From: a bacterium
Lineage (GTDB): Bacteria; Zhuqueibacterota; Zhuqueibacteria; Residuimicrobiales; Krinioviventaceae
NCBI GenBank assembly: GCA_963674595.2
Contig: CAXXFV010000029.1
Location: 160,001 to 224,000 of the forward strand
DNA length: 64,000 nucleotides
Reading direction: 5' to 3'
The position numbers and the translations under genes were made by a program. Below are positions 1 through 10,610 of this stretch, piece after piece. The notes below the pieces were generated by a model, which saw only the letters and a list, made by a program, of their open reading frames with translations, did no database searches and was not told the DNA's origin. The stretch's first letter is position 1. Every line of letters starts with the position of its first letter.

Positions 1-829
1 AATAATCGATAACACTTCTCATCTGCTCGCCCTCTTTACCGGGTCCGTGTTTTTCTTCACCCTTTTTACCGGTCAGGTCATTAATGGTGTGAAAAATCTG
101 GTTGATATTTGTTTCTATGCCGGTGCCGATGTTAATAATCTGGCTTTCGTCTTTATCCAGCGCCCGAACACTTGCTTTAACCACGTCTTTAACAAAGACA
201 AAATCACGGGTTTGTGTTCCGTCACCATTAATTACAACAGGTTCACCGTTTAATAACTTTGTTGCAAAGATGGCCACAACACCGGCCTCGCCGTGCGGGT
301 TCTGACGCGGGCCATAAACGTTGGCGTAACGCAATGCAAAATATTTAATGCCATAGGTCAACGCATAAAAAAACAGGTATTTTTCACCAACCAATTTGGT
401 AATACCATAGGGACTGTAGGGCTGGGTGACATGGTTTTCATCCGCCGGAAAATAGTCCTGTTCGCCGTAAATAGCGCCGCCGGAAGAGGCAAAAATAACC
501 TTTTTAACGCCGGTTTTTGCACAGTTTTGTAAAACATTGATAAAGCCGATAACGTTATTATCAGCATCAAAAATCGGGTCTTCAACGGACTTGCGAACAT
601 CCATCTGTGCAGCCTGGTTATTGACAACATCAAATTTATGTTTTGCAAACAGTTCCGATAAATTTTTATCGCGAATGTCCATTTGCACAAATTCTGCCTT
701 GGGATTTATATTTTGTTTCCGTCCGGAAGACATGTTATCTACAATCACAACATCATGTCCTGCGTTTATATAGGCATCCGTAATATGAGAAGCGATAAAT
801 CCGGCGCCTCCGGTAACGAGTATTTTCAT
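1..829 (-). CDS. NAD-dependent epimerase/dehydratase (UDP-glucose 4-epimerase-like), 3' end outside the window
   Basis: Hand translation from ATG at 829 gives MKILVTGGAGFIASHITDAYINAGHDVVIVDNMSSG (GxxGxxA Rossmann motif). Missing from the ORF track because it runs off the window. Confidence 0.9.
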   Translation of the reverse strand, partial: MKILVTGGAGFIASHITDAYINAGHDVVIVDNMSSGRKQNINPKAEFVQMDIRDKNLSELFAKHKFDVVNNQAAQMDVRKSVEDPIFDADNNVIGFINVLQNCAKTGVKKVIFASSGGAIYGEQDYFPADENHVTQPYSPYGITKLVGEKYLFFYALTYGIKYFALRYANVYGPRQNPHGEAGVVAIFATKLLNGEPVVINGDGTQTRDFVFVKDVVKASVRALDKDESQIINIGTGIETNINQIFHTINDLTGKKGEEKHGPGKEGEQMRSVIDY

Positions 830-848
830 TTCTTATATCTCCTTTTAT

Positions 849-2114
849 CTATCTTAACGCGCGTGCGGCAATATCCTTGCGATAATATGCGCCGTCAAAC
901 GTAATTTTTCCAACTGCTTTGTAAACTTTATCGATAGCACTGTGAATGGAATCGTCCAGGGCGGTTACGCCGAGAACACGACCGCCGGCGGTAACAATCT
1001 GGTCGCCCTGTTGTTTTGTTCCGGCATGAAAAACCAGGATATTCTCATCCAAACGGCTGTCCAGTCCCAGAATGGGTTTGCCCTTTTCATAGGGACCGGG
1101 GTATCCGCCGGAAGAGATAACAACACAAACACCGGCCTGTTTTTTATTTTTCCATTCATATTCGTTTAAATTTCCATCCATGGCCGACATGATCCCTTCC
1201 ACAAGGTCGCTTTTTGCCAGGGGCAGCACAACCTGTGTTTCCGGGTCACCAAACCGGCAGTTATATTCCAATACTTTTGGGCCGTCTTTGGTAATCATGA
1301 GTCCGGCGTATAAAATTCCCTTATAGGGGCGGTCTTCAAGGGCCATGCCTTTAATGGTGGGTTCCATGATCTCTTTTTTAATTTTTTCCATTAAAACAGC
1401 ATCAACCTGCGGGGTGGGTGCATAGGCGCCCATACCACCGGTATTGGGTCCCTGATCGTTGTCAAAGATCCGTTTGTGGTCCTGGGACGGCACCATATAG
1501 GCCAGGTTTTCACCGTCGGACAGGGCCAGCACAGACACTTCATCACCGGTCAGATACTCTTCCACAATCAGTTTGCGTCCGGCCTCGCCGAATGCCTTTT
1601 TCTTCATAATCAGGTCCACAGCTTCAATGGCCTGTTCGCTGTTCTGGCACATCAGCACGCCTTTACCGGCGGCCAAACCGTCAACTTTAACGACAACCGG
1701 CACGTTTGACTGCGACACAAATTTATGCGCCTCTTCATAGTCCGTAAACTCGCGGTAATCGGCTGTGGGGATGTCATATTTTTTTAAAATATATTTACAA
1801 AAAGCCTTGCTTCCTTCAAGTTCTGCAGCGCGTTTGCTGGGTCCGAATACCGGAATACGGTTGGCGTCAAAATAGTCAACTATGCCGTCCACCAGCGGAA
1901 TTTCCGGTCCAATGATGGCCAGGTCGATCTTTTTCTTGATGGCAAAGTTTAACAACTTTTTATAATCCGTTACCGCAATGTCTTCACATTCGGCGTCCAA
2001 AGCGATACCGGCGTTTCCCGGTGTGCAGTATATCTTTTTCACATAGGGTGATTGTTTTAATTTCCATACAATTGTATGCTCTCTTCCCCCGCTGCCAATT
2101 ACCATTACATTCAT
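849..2114 (-). CDS. purD: Phosphoribosylamine--glycine ligase
   Basis: GSGGREH, GLAAGKGV, GPNTGGMGAY, EYNCRFGDPETQ and GGRVL motifs. Confidence 0.97.
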   Translation of the reverse strand: MNVMVIGSGGREHTIVWKLKQSPYVKKIYCTPGNAGIALDAECEDIAVTDYKKLLNFAIKKKIDLAIIGPEIPLVDGIVDYFDANRIPVFGPSKRAAELEGSKAFCKYILKKYDIPTADYREFTDYEEAHKFVSQSNVPVVVKVDGLAAGKGVLMCQNSEQAIEAVDLIMKKKAFGEAGRKLIVEEYLTGDEVSVLALSDGENLAYMVPSQDHKRIFDNDQGPNTGGMGAYAPTPQVDAVLMEKIKKEIMEPTIKGMALEDRPYKGILYAGLMITKDGPKVLEYNCRFGDPETQVVLPLAKSDLVEGIMSAMDGNLNEYEWKNKKQAGVCVVISSGGYPGPYEKGKPILGLDSRLDENILVFHAGTKQQGDQIVTAGGRVLGVTALDDSIHSAIDKVYKAVGKITFDGAYYRKDIAARALR

Positions 2115-2151
2115 GTTTATCCCTTCAAGTTTCTAATAAAACCAGAATAAT

Positions 2152-4191
2152 TTACCTTTTAAAATGTCCGCCGCTTAACAGTTCAATTTTATCGCGAAGT
2201 TCGGCCGCTTTTTCAAACTCCATAATTTTAGCGGACTCGAACATTGATTTTTCCAATTGGTCCAAAATTTCTTGTTTTTCCGTTTCACTAAACTTTTTCC
2301 AGTTTTTCACATAATCATCATCCTGGGCCGCCGTTTTTTTGCCATAGGGCGCTGCTTTGGAATCTGCCACCCGGGTGGCGCTCATCACCTGGTCTATGGA
2401 TTTTTGTATCGACCTTGGTGTAATGTTGTGCTCTTTATTATACTCTGCCTGAATTTCCCTGCGGCGGTTGGTTTCGTCAATCGCTCTTTGCATGGACCCG
2501 GTCATTTTGTCCGCATAAAAGATGACCTTACCGTAAACATTTCTGGCCGCACGCCCGGCTGTTTGAATTAGTGACCGCTCAGACCGTAAAAAGCCTTCCT
2601 TGTCCGCGTCCAGCACCACCACAAGGGAAACTTCGGGCAGGTCCAAACCCTCGCGCAACAGGTTGATGCCCACCAGCACATCAAATTCCGCCAAACGCAA
2701 GTCCCGCAAAATAGCGATACGGTCCAGGGCGTCAATTTCCGAATGCAGGTATCGCACCTGAATGCCCTGACCGGCAAGATAGTCGGTTAAATCTTCGGCC
2801 ATACGTTTTGTCAGCGTGGTAACCAGTATACGCTCGTTACGCTCCACACGTTCCCGAACTTCGTGGATCAGGTCATCAATTTGTCCTTCAATGGGCCGCA
2901 CTTCAATTTCAGGGTCCATGAGCCCGGTGGGACGAATAATCTGCTCAACAACGATACCTTCACTTTTTTCAAGCTCATAATCTGCCGGGGTTGCGGATAT
3001 ATAAACAACCTTGTTAATTACCGATTCAAATTCTTTAAAATTCAAAGGACGGTTATCCAGCGCAGACGGCAGACGAAAACCGTGTTCCACCAGCGTTTCC
3101 TTACGGGCACGGTCGCCGTTATACATGCCCTGCACCTGGGGAATGGTCACGTGAGATTCATCAATGATGGTTAAAAAATCATCCGGGAAATAATCGATAA
3201 GTGTGGACGGTCTTTCACCTTCACCCCGTCCGGCCAAATGCCGCGAATAATTTTCCACACCGGAACAATAGCCTATTTCCTGCATCATTTCCAGGTCATA
3301 ATTGGTGCGCGTTTCAATGCGCTGCGCTTCCAGCAGCTTGCCGTGCTCTCTGAAATATTTCAGACGGTCTTCAAGCTCACCTTCTATATTTTTAATCGCC
3401 TGCTGTAAATGGGAATAGGGCGTTACAAAATGTTTGGCCGGATAAATAGCCACACGGTCCAGTTGGTTTTTCACCTCGCCGCTGGTTACATCCACAACAG
3501 AGATTTTTTCAATTTCATCGCCAAACATCTCTATGCGCACCGCCTCTTTTTCATAGGCAGGAATAATTTCCACCACATCTCCGCGAACGCGAAAGGTACC
3601 GCGCTCAAAAGCGATATCATTTCTTGTATAATATATTTCAACCAGTTTTTCCAGAATTTTGTTTCGGTCAATACGCTGGCCCTTGTCCAGAAATAACAGC
3701 ATTTGTTTCCAAATTTCCGGAGAACCTAATCCGTAAATACAGGACACTGACGCTACTATTATAGTATCCGGCCGCGACAAAAGCGAGCTGGTCGCTTTTA
3801 AACGAAGTCTGTCTATTTCATCATTAATGGACGAATCTTTTTCGATAAATGTATCGGACGAGGGAACATAGGCTTCGGGCTGATAATAGTCATAATAGCT
3901 GATAAAATATTCCACCGCATTGTCCGGGAAAAACGCCTGAAATTCGCCGTAAAGCTGGGCTGCCAGGGTTTTGTTGTGTGAAATAACCAGGGCCGGTTTG
4001 CCGTATTGGGCAATCACATTGGCCATGGTAAAGGTTTTACCACTGCCGGTAACACCCAGCAGGGTTTGGTGTTTATCGTTTCGTTTCAATCCCTCCACGA
4101 TCTGTTCGATGGCTTGAGGCTGATCGCCGGTGGGTTGAAAATCAGATTTTAATTTAAAAATGGAATTCGACATATTGATCCAATTCACCAC
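2152..4191 (-). CDS. uvrB: Excinuclease ABC subunit B
   Basis: [55 protein letters not shown] and a C-terminal UVR domain. The start may be at 4173. Confidence 0.98.
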   Translation of the reverse strand: MVNWINMSNSIFKLKSDFQPTGDQPQAIEQIVEGLKRNDKHQTLLGVTGSGKTFTMANVIAQYGKPALVISHNKTLAAQLYGEFQAFFPDNAVEYFISYYDYYQPEAYVPSSDTFIEKDSSINDEIDRLRLKATSSLLSRPDTIIVASVSCIYGLGSPEIWKQMLLFLDKGQRIDRNKILEKLVEIYYTRNDIAFERGTFRVRGDVVEIIPAYEKEAVRIEMFGDEIEKISVVDVTSGEVKNQLDRVAIYPAKHFVTPYSHLQQAIKNIEGELEDRLKYFREHGKLLEAQRIETRTNYDLEMMQEIGYCSGVENYSRHLAGRGEGERPSTLIDYFPDDFLTIIDESHVTIPQVQGMYNGDRARKETLVEHGFRLPSALDNRPLNFKEFESVINKVVYISATPADYELEKSEGIVVEQIIRPTGLMDPEIEVRPIEGQIDDLIHEVRERVERNERILVTTLTKRMAEDLTDYLAGQGIQVRYLHSEIDALDRIAILRDLRLAEFDVLVGINLLREGLDLPEVSLVVVLDADKEGFLRSERSLIQTAGRAARNVYGKVIFYADKMTGSMQRAIDETNRRREIQAEYNKEHNITPRSIQKSIDQVMSATRVADSKAAPYGKKTAAQDDDYVKNWKKFSETEKQEILDQLEKSMFESAKIMEFEKAAELRDKIELLSGGHFKR

Positions 4192-4214
4192 AAATTTTAA
4201 AAAACTATGACAGG

Positions 4215-4243
4215 AATATACGTTAGATATGACAAAATGTCAA
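4215..4243 (-). promoter_or_regulatory. Putative sigma70 promoter of uvrB with an overlapping palindrome
   Basis: Minus strand TTGACA-17 nt-TATATT. The palindrome TGACAaaaTGTCA (4230-4242) overlaps the -35 box. Confidence 0.55.
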
Positions 4244-4294
4244 GTTTGAAAATTTCAAATTGCTTTATGGCAAACAATCGACCATACAAACGGC

Positions 4295-6709
4295 TTGAAA
4301 ATAACAAAATCAGGTACTATATTAGAAACCACATTCAATATAAAGGTAGTCTCGTTGCGAACAAGATATAAGGTCCTTTTCATTCTCTTTTGGGGTTTAT
4401 TTTTTTCTCTCCTTTATCACAGGGTTGAAGGCGCTGAAAAACCGTTTACACGTGCTTTGTGGATAACGCGCTGGGAATACAGTTCTCCTAATGATATAAA
4501 GAAAATAGTGGAAAATGCGGCCAAATATAATTTTAACGTTATATTATTTCAGGTGCGCGGAAACGGCACAACATTATATCCGTCGGAATATGAACCCTGG
4601 GCACAGGAACTGGGCGGAACAGATCCGGGCTGGGACCCGCTGAAACTGGTTACGGAACTGGCACACTTTGAAGATATTCAGGTTCATGCCTGGATAAATG
4701 TGTTTCCGGGATGGAGCGGTAAAACACCGCCCACAGACCCACATCAGCTTTATAACGCGCATCCGGACTGGTTTATGTGGGACGAATTTGGACAAAAGCA
4801 ACGACTGAATTCGCACTATATGTGGCTCTCCCCCACCAATCCCGATGTTCAGCAATATCTGCTAAAAATTTGCCGGGAAATTTATACAACATACGATGTT
4901 GACGGCCTTCACCTGGACTATGTCCGTTTTCCGGCCTCGTCCTATTCCTATGATCCTGTTTCACTGAAAATTTTTAATAACGTCTATAAAAGCACGCCCC
5001 AGGAAAAACCGGACGAATGGTCACGGTTCCGGCGCAACAGCATTACCCTGTTTGTGGAAGCGCTATATCAGGATATGAAAAAATATAACCAAAACCTGGA
5101 GCTTTCCGCTTCGGTTATCGGCGATTTTGTTCGCGGCTATCAGATTTTTATGCAGGACTGCCACGGCTGGATGGCCAAAGGCATTATCGATGTAATCTAT
5201 CCCATGCTCTATTCACCGGACCAGCTTATTTATACCCGGCAACTGGCAGACCATTTGCAAAACACACATGACCGCCATGTTTTCCCGGGACTGGAACCGA
5301 AAGACCAAAACGGATTTGAATTTCGTATGCAAAAGGCGCTGGCTGCCGGCTGTAAAGGTGTGGCGGTTTTTTCATACAGCAGCATTTTTCCCAACCACCG
5401 TCCCAATTCGGCGCTGGCCGACGTGCTGAGCAGCAACTGGACTCATAAAACACACCCTTCCGTACATCCCTGGAAAGGCATTACCGGCGATACCCAGGGA
5501 CCGTTTATCACGCAGGTGAAAACAATTCCCGATCTTGTTACGCCGGAAACAAAGTTTAAAATTGCCGCCCAGATTATTGATCCCAGCAATGTTTACAAAG
5601 GGGAAAAGGGCAAATCCGGCAAAAACGTTTATCTGGTTTATGATAAAAACTGGCCGCCGAAAAATAAAAACAAAATTGAAATGAAGCCGGTGCCCAATTC
5701 CGATTCCTGGTATATTACAGACTCTTATGTTCCGCCCCAGCAGGCGGGTCTGGATTTTCGCGGTCGTATTTTTGCCTGGGACGACTATCATGTGTCCGCC
5801 GAGCACCCGAAACGGAACCTGGGTTACAGCGATGTGTGGGCCATTTCCACACTTATACCGCACCAGACATTTATTTCAGCGGGCTATGTGGGCCCGGTTT
5901 TGCAGCGCCCGTCGGTCCTGGAGGTTGACCAACAGGGCAATGTCTGGATCGGTTTGGGTGAAGAAGGAAAAGTTGTGGTCCTTGAAGCGGGCGGGCATTC
6001 GCGCACGTTCCCGGACCTTACTTTCGGCATAGACGAAACCGGTACTGAACGGCATTTTTCACGGATTACCGGTTTGGCCCTTTCCCAAAAAGGGACCATG
6101 TATGTTGCCGACCGGGACAAAAATTCCATAATTTATGAATTTGATATAAAAACCGGCACACCGTTGTCCGGTATTCGATTAGATTTTCCTGTTTCCGGGA
6201 TTGACTGCGATAATCAGGGCCATATTTTTGCCCTGGAAGCATCGTCCACTGCCTGGCATGTGCTGGATAATAAGGGAAATGACCTGAAACAGAGTCCATT
6301 CGGCAGTAAAAACACCGGCAACAATATCGCTGTTTTTAAAAACGGCAGCGGTGTATTTATCAGCGATCAGACCACCCTCAGCGTTCAACACTGGAAAGGC
6401 GCGGTTGAAGGCAATCGTGCCAGGTACTGGCGCGTGCCGGATATTCCGGCGCAGGATATTGGTCTTGGAAAAGTGGAAACCGACAGTTCGGATTTTGTTT
6501 ACGTGTCACACAGCCAGCGCGGTGTTATTACGCTGTTTAACAGAACCGGCGACATCCTCAGTCACCTTATCGGCGGGTCCCCAAAACTAAACGCCCCAAA
6601 AGATATTGCTGTTACGGCAACCGGCGATTCTCTCTATGTTTTAGAGGCTGTCGGGAACGGCCCGACAAAACTTTCACTGTGGTGTAAGAATAAGAATATT
6701 AAAAGGTAA
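4295..6709 (+). CDS. Glycoside hydrolase-like family 10 (DUF187) protein with C-terminal NHL/beta-propeller region
   Basis: RALWITRW, FQVRGNG, VHAWIN, HPDW and YDVDGLHLDYVRF, followed by NHL-like repeats (LEVDQQGNVWI, PKDIAVTATGDSLYV). Confidence 0.8.
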   Translation: MKITKSGTILETTFNIKVVSLRTRYKVLFILFWGLFFSLLYHRVEGAEKPFTRALWITRWEYSSPNDIKKIVENAAKYNFNVILFQVRGNGTTLYPSEYEPWAQELGGTDPGWDPLKLVTELAHFEDIQVHAWINVFPGWSGKTPPTDPHQLYNAHPDWFMWDEFGQKQRLNSHYMWLSPTNPDVQQYLLKICREIYTTYDVDGLHLDYVRFPASSYSYDPVSLKIFNNVYKSTPQEKPDEWSRFRRNSITLFVEALYQDMKKYNQNLELSASVIGDFVRGYQIFMQDCHGWMAKGIIDVIYPMLYSPDQLIYTRQLADHLQNTHDRHVFPGLEPKDQNGFEFRMQKALAAGCKGVAVFSYSSIFPNHRPNSALADVLSSNWTHKTHPSVHPWKGITGDTQGPFITQVKTIPDLVTPETKFKIAAQIIDPSNVYKGEKGKSGKNVYLVYDKNWPPKNKNKIEMKPVPNSDSWYITDSYVPPQQAGLDFRGRIFAWDDYHVSAEHPKRNLGYSDVWAISTLIPHQTFISAGYVGPVLQRPSVLEVDQQGNVWIGLGEEGKVVVLEAGGHSRTFPDLTFGIDETGTERHFSRITGLALSQKGTMYVADRDKNSIIYEFDIKTGTPLSGIRLDFPVSGIDCDNQGHIFALEASSTAWHVLDNKGNDLKQSPFGSKNTGNNIAVFKNGSGVFISDQTTLSVQHWKGAVEGNRARYWRVPDIPAQDIGLGKVETDSSDFVYVSHSQRGVITLFNRTGDILSHLIGGSPKLNAPKDIAVTATGDSLYVLEAVGNGPTKLSLWCKNKNIKR

Positions 6710-6731
6710 AACCTGTTTTAACGGCTATGTA

Positions 6732-7691
6732 TCAAAAAGAAGAATAACGCGATACAAGCAACGAACAGGGTAAATTTTGCAAGGCAAGTTCAATTCCCTG
6801 GGGGAAAAGACGGTCCCAAAAACCCATGTGGCTGCTGGAGCCGGGCACGACAAACAAGTCCGCTTTGAGTTCTCGGGTAAAATCCAGCGTTGATGTGCGG
6901 GATTTTTCCAGCAGACATCGTGTGGAATAGTCGGAACACCAAAATTTAAATTCTTTTAAAAATAATTTTAATTTTTCATCTTCAGCGTGATAAAATTCTT
7001 TAAACTGTGTCGGATGCAGTTCTTCCTTCTGACCGTTCATGTCGGGAATTCGGAAGGAATGTGTAAAGTACAGATCTTTAGAGCCGGCCGCATGACCGAT
7101 TCTGTCCGCCACCTCAATGGCCGATTTGGCCTCATCATCATATTCCACAACACAATGGATTTTGTTCAGCTCATCGGGTTTGCTTTTGGGGTCCGGCATC
7201 AGCAATACGGAACAGGGTGCATAACGGGCAATTTTTCTGGCAACAGAACCCAAATAATATTTAAACAGGCCCTCCTTTTTCAATGCACCGGCAATGATCA
7301 AATCCGCATCATATTCCCTGGCTGCTTCAATCAAAACATCGGCCGGGTTGCCGCTCCTGACGAGACAAACAGGCGGGTGTTTTTTAAAAGCAGAACGATC
7401 GATCTCCTCTTCCAATCGTGTTCGAATTGAGGAATTTTCTTCGCCTACATGAACAATAATCGGCCATGTACCAAGCAGAGATGCAAAACGATGCGCTTCG
7501 TTCAACACGGCGTTCAGCCTGGGTGAAAAAGCAGCCGCCACAACAGCACGTCTGAAAACCGGCTCCGGGTCTGATAAATTATTTAACAAATCCTTTTTCA
7601 ATAAATTGCCTGCTCCTTTTCTGACTTGTTTAAAAGATATAAAGTAATCCACTAAAGTAACATTGTCAATCAAAATTTTTGCAAAATTCAT
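6732..7691 (-). CDS. Universal stress protein (tandem USP domains)
   Basis: GNPADVLIEAAREYDADLIIAGA...LGSVARKIARYAPCSVL. Start codon uncertain. Confidence 0.85.
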   Translation of the reverse strand: MNFAKILIDNVTLVDYFISFKQVRKGAGNLLKKDLLNNLSDPEPVFRRAVVAAAFSPRLNAVLNEAHRFASLLGTWPIIVHVGEENSSIRTRLEEEIDRSAFKKHPPVCLVRSGNPADVLIEAAREYDADLIIAGALKKEGLFKYYLGSVARKIARYAPCSVLLMPDPKSKPDELNKIHCVVEYDDEAKSAIEVADRIGHAAGSKDLYFTHSFRIPDMNGQKEELHPTQFKEFYHAEDEKLKLFLKEFKFWCSDYSTRCLLEKSRTSTLDFTRELKADLFVVPGSSSHMGFWDRLFPQGIELALQNLPCSLLVSRYSSF

Positions 7692-7799
7692 TTTTTTTCA
7701 AAAATGTTATTGTATGTCTGTTTATTATTATTTGTATTTTGAACACTTTTTTATTATATTCCCTGCAATCAAAGAATTATCTTTTATAAGAGAAAGTTT

Positions 7800-8138
7800 A
7801 TGCCGAAATCCTTATTTTTTGCCTGGGCTGACCTTGACTGGATTCCAGTTGACGCCAACACCCGCCGAAAACAAATATGGCTTGATAACATCATGCATGT
7901 TATGGTCGAGCTAAAAGCAGGTACAACAGCCCCTGCCCATAGTCATCCTCATGAACAAACCGGAATTATCCTCCAGGGAACGTTAAAAGTGACCGTTGGC
8001 GATCAGGAAAAGACGCTTCCGACAGGAGCAGGATATTTGGTGCCGCCCAATATGGTGCACGGCGTGCAGGTCATTGGCGATGAGGATGTTTTAATATTGG
8101 ATACATTTACACCCATCCGGGAAGATTTTCTTAAATAA
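7800..8138 (+). CDS. Cupin domain protein (KdgF-like)
   Basis: HSHPHEQ...G and VPPNMVHG cupin motifs, ending in DTFTPIREDF. Confidence 0.85.
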   Translation: MPKSLFFAWADLDWIPVDANTRRKQIWLDNIMHVMVELKAGTTAPAHSHPHEQTGIILQGTLKVTVGDQEKTLPTGAGYLVPPNMVHGVQVIGDEDVLILDTFTPIREDFLK

Positions 8139-8306
8139 AACCAGATTGCCGTCAAGCAATCATCATGTGATACATTTCCCAGACCGGTAGTTGCTTTTGC
8201 CGTCCTGAAAAAATTGAACCTGTTTTTTCAAGATATTATTATATTTAAAAAAATACACATATTTCTAAATTATATTACCATATAATATCCGAAAGGAGGT
8301 CAATTT

Positions 8307-9917
8307 ATGGTTCAGTTTGCATGGCTGGATTATTTTTGGACAATAGCCTATCTTATTCTCATGATCGGCTGCGGAGCCATATTTTACAAGCTTGGTAAAC
8401 GTTCCGAATCTGATTTTTTTCTGGCAGGGCGCGGACTGCCCTGGTGGCTGCCCGCAACATCAAACTTTGCAACACACACAGCAACAGATACTCCCATGTG
8501 GTTTTCAGGGCTTGTCTATTCAAAGGGACTCTATGGTATGTGGTACTCCCTTTTTGCAGGCTGGTGCGCCATTAGTGCATGGGTATCAACGCGAATTTTC
8601 CGACGTTCATTGGCCGGTACACAGGCAGAGTGGCAAACCTTACGTTTCAGCGGATTAGGTTCGGAGCTGCTGCGAGGCTGGATGGCCGGATGGCAGGTGG
8701 CTATGTCCATGTTTATTGCCGGCTGGGTAGGCATTGCCATGGGTAATGTCTGTAATTATGCGTTTGGCTGGCCGTTGTGGTATGGACTGGTTATCTTTTC
8801 AACCCTGTGCTGTTTGTATGTTATTGCAGCCGGTTACTGGGGCGTTATTATTGCCGACGTACAACAGGGTATCACCATGTTTATCGTTATTATTCTGGTT
8901 TCTGTTTGGGCTGCCATTGCTGCCGGCGGACCCAGTGAAATTGTCGCCAAACTGCACGAAATGAACGTCAGCGAAATGCTCAATCCGTTTCGTACATCGG
9001 GATTCATGTCCGGTGATTACCCGCTGCTTTGGCTGATTACCATGATTGCGGTGCCGTTTCTCGGTGGTTTTGGTATGGCAACCCATTTTGACTGGTTTGT
9101 TGAAGCACAACGCATTCAGTCTGCCAGAAACGTTAAAGATGCGGCCTATAGCATTTGGTGGGGAACTGCCGCTGTTATTTTTAGAAACGCCATCTGGGGT
9201 ATTGCTATCCTTGCTATTTTTGTTATCACACAGGGTAACCTGTCAAATACTGAAGCGCAGTTGGCATGGTTTAAAATCGGTTTTGAATATTTTCCGGTCG
9301 GAATGGTTGGATTTTTCTTTGCCGCTATTTTGGCCATTCACATTTCTTCTGTTGCCGGTATTTTAAATTTAGGTTCCATGTATGCAACACGCGATTTGTA
9401 CCATCATTATATTAATCCAAAAGCCAGCGAAGCCAAAGTTGTATGGATTGGCCGAATTATGACGATTGTCGTGCTTCTTGGGTCGTTCTTTTTCGGATTG
9501 ATGATTGGAACAGATATTGTTGACTGGTTGTTTTTCGCCCTCTGGCTGATGGTTGCCGGAACATGGGTGCCGAATATTTTGCAGGTCATTTGGTGGCGCT
9601 TTAACGCATGGGGCTATTTGTCCGCATGGATCGCAAACCTTGGTATCTGCTGGCTGGTTGTTTGGGTGCTTCCATCCTATGGAATGATTCCCGACTTGCC
9701 GGATTATCAACAATTCTGGCTGCTCATCGTTCTTGTCGCACTCGTATATATTCCGGTCACATTTTTAACAAAACCGGATGATATGGACAAACTGGTTAAA
9801 GTATATGCACAAACACGCCCGATCGGCTTTTGGGGTCCGGTTAAAAAAGAAGCAGAACGCCGCGGTTTACTTCAAGCTATTGAAGAATTAGACCGTAAAG
9901 CTGAACAAGAAGTTTAG
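8307..9917 (+). CDS. Sodium:solute symporter family transporter
   Basis: DFFLAGRGLPWW, QRIQSA, RDLYHHYINPKASE, many TM segments, RBS AAGGAGG. Confidence 0.9.
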   Translation: MVQFAWLDYFWTIAYLILMIGCGAIFYKLGKRSESDFFLAGRGLPWWLPATSNFATHTATDTPMWFSGLVYSKGLYGMWYSLFAGWCAISAWVSTRIFRRSLAGTQAEWQTLRFSGLGSELLRGWMAGWQVAMSMFIAGWVGIAMGNVCNYAFGWPLWYGLVIFSTLCCLYVIAAGYWGVIIADVQQGITMFIVIILVSVWAAIAAGGPSEIVAKLHEMNVSEMLNPFRTSGFMSGDYPLLWLITMIAVPFLGGFGMATHFDWFVEAQRIQSARNVKDAAYSIWWGTAAVIFRNAIWGIAILAIFVITQGNLSNTEAQLAWFKIGFEYFPVGMVGFFFAAILAIHISSVAGILNLGSMYATRDLYHHYINPKASEAKVVWIGRIMTIVVLLGSFFFGLMIGTDIVDWLFFALWLMVAGTWVPNILQVIWWRFNAWGYLSAWIANLGICWLVVWVLPSYGMIPDLPDYQQFWLLIVLVALVYIPVTFLTKPDDMDKLVKVYAQTRPIGFWGPVKKEAERRGLLQAIEELDRKAEQEV

Positions 9918-9926
9918 GAGGATATT

Positions 9927-10220
9927 ATGGGCTTTATAAAACGTAAATGGACCCCGCATGAAGCTGAAGAGTGGACAAAGGAAGACTGGATTGCGATTGT
10001 CATTTCCCCGTTTAGTTATATTTTATTAACGATGGGACTTGGTATGTCGCTCTTTCTGATACCACTTGGCTTTATATTGCTGGGCATTGGTATTGTTATT
10101 ACAGTAATTATGTTTTACTCAATCGGTCCCAAGCTGGACGCTGTTTCTGAAGGTTATGAGAAAAAACAGCGTGAATATCTGAAAGACCTGGAAAAGATTC
10201 AAAGATGGGAGGATGAATAA
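9927..10220 (+). CDS. Small membrane protein (two TM helices) downstream of the SSS transporter
   Basis: RBS AGGAGG; hydrophobic core with a charged tail. Confidence 0.75.
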   Translation: MGFIKRKWTPHEAEEWTKEDWIAIVISPFSYILLTMGLGMSLFLIPLGFILLGIGIVITVIMFYSIGPKLDAVSEGYEKKQREYLKDLEKIQRWEDE

Positions 10221-10342
10221 TGGAAAAAGGGTTAACCGTTGTTATTGGAATGACCATATCATATTTATTCTCTTTGGCAGGCCTTATATTCGCATGGGTC
10301 TATTACAAGAAAAATAAAAAACAAGCAAGCAAAAGGAGTTAA
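10220..10342 (+). CDS. 40-aa single-TM small protein MEKGLTVVIGMTISYLFSLAGLIFAWVYYKKNKKQASKRS
   Basis: TAATG stop/start overlap with the previous gene, GGAGG upstream, TM helix followed by a basic tail. Below the ORF-track cutoff. Confidence 0.65.
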   Translation: MEKGLTVVIGMTISYLFSLAGLIFAWVYYKKNKKQASKRS

Positions 10343-10347
10343 AAAAT

Positions 10348-10503
10348 ATGTTAGCCATTATAGCTCAGGCCACACGAATAGGCAGCCCGATCCTTGGGTA
10401 TGTTATTCCGGCCGTTATCTTTTTTGTCTCATTTCTGGTTGCTTATCTTCTTTATGTGCATTTTACCAAACAAATGCACTCGACTGATTCTGAAGAAAAG
10501 TAA
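10348..10503 (+). CDS. 51-aa single-TM small protein MLAIIAQATRIGSPILGYVIPAVIFFVSFLVAYLLYVHFTKQMHSTDSEEK
   Basis: RBS AAGGAG at 10333-10338, a TM helix, and a terminator directly after. Confidence 0.65.
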   Translation: MLAIIAQATRIGSPILGYVIPAVIFFVSFLVAYLLYVHFTKQMHSTDSEEK

Positions 10504-10533
10504 ATATGATATAAATTTCTTTTATATTAAAAT

Positions 10534-10567
10534 AAAAACGGACAGTGATGATCACTGTCCGTTTTTT
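10534..10567. terminator. Intrinsic terminator (possibly bidirectional)
   Basis: Perfect inverted repeat AAAAACGGACAGTGAT-G-ATCACTGTCCGTTTTT with a T-tract. Confidence 0.8.
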
Positions 10568-10610
10568 GTTTTATAACGTTTCTGCTCTTTATTTTGGTTC
10601 AAACAAGATC

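Noticed and set aside
47-904. Short ORF-track calls at the window start
   Set aside because: They are shadows of the minus-strand epimerase gene (1-829)
10394-10576. 60-aa ORF from the track
   Set aside because: It overlaps the better-supported 10348-10503 ORF in another frame and runs through the terminator
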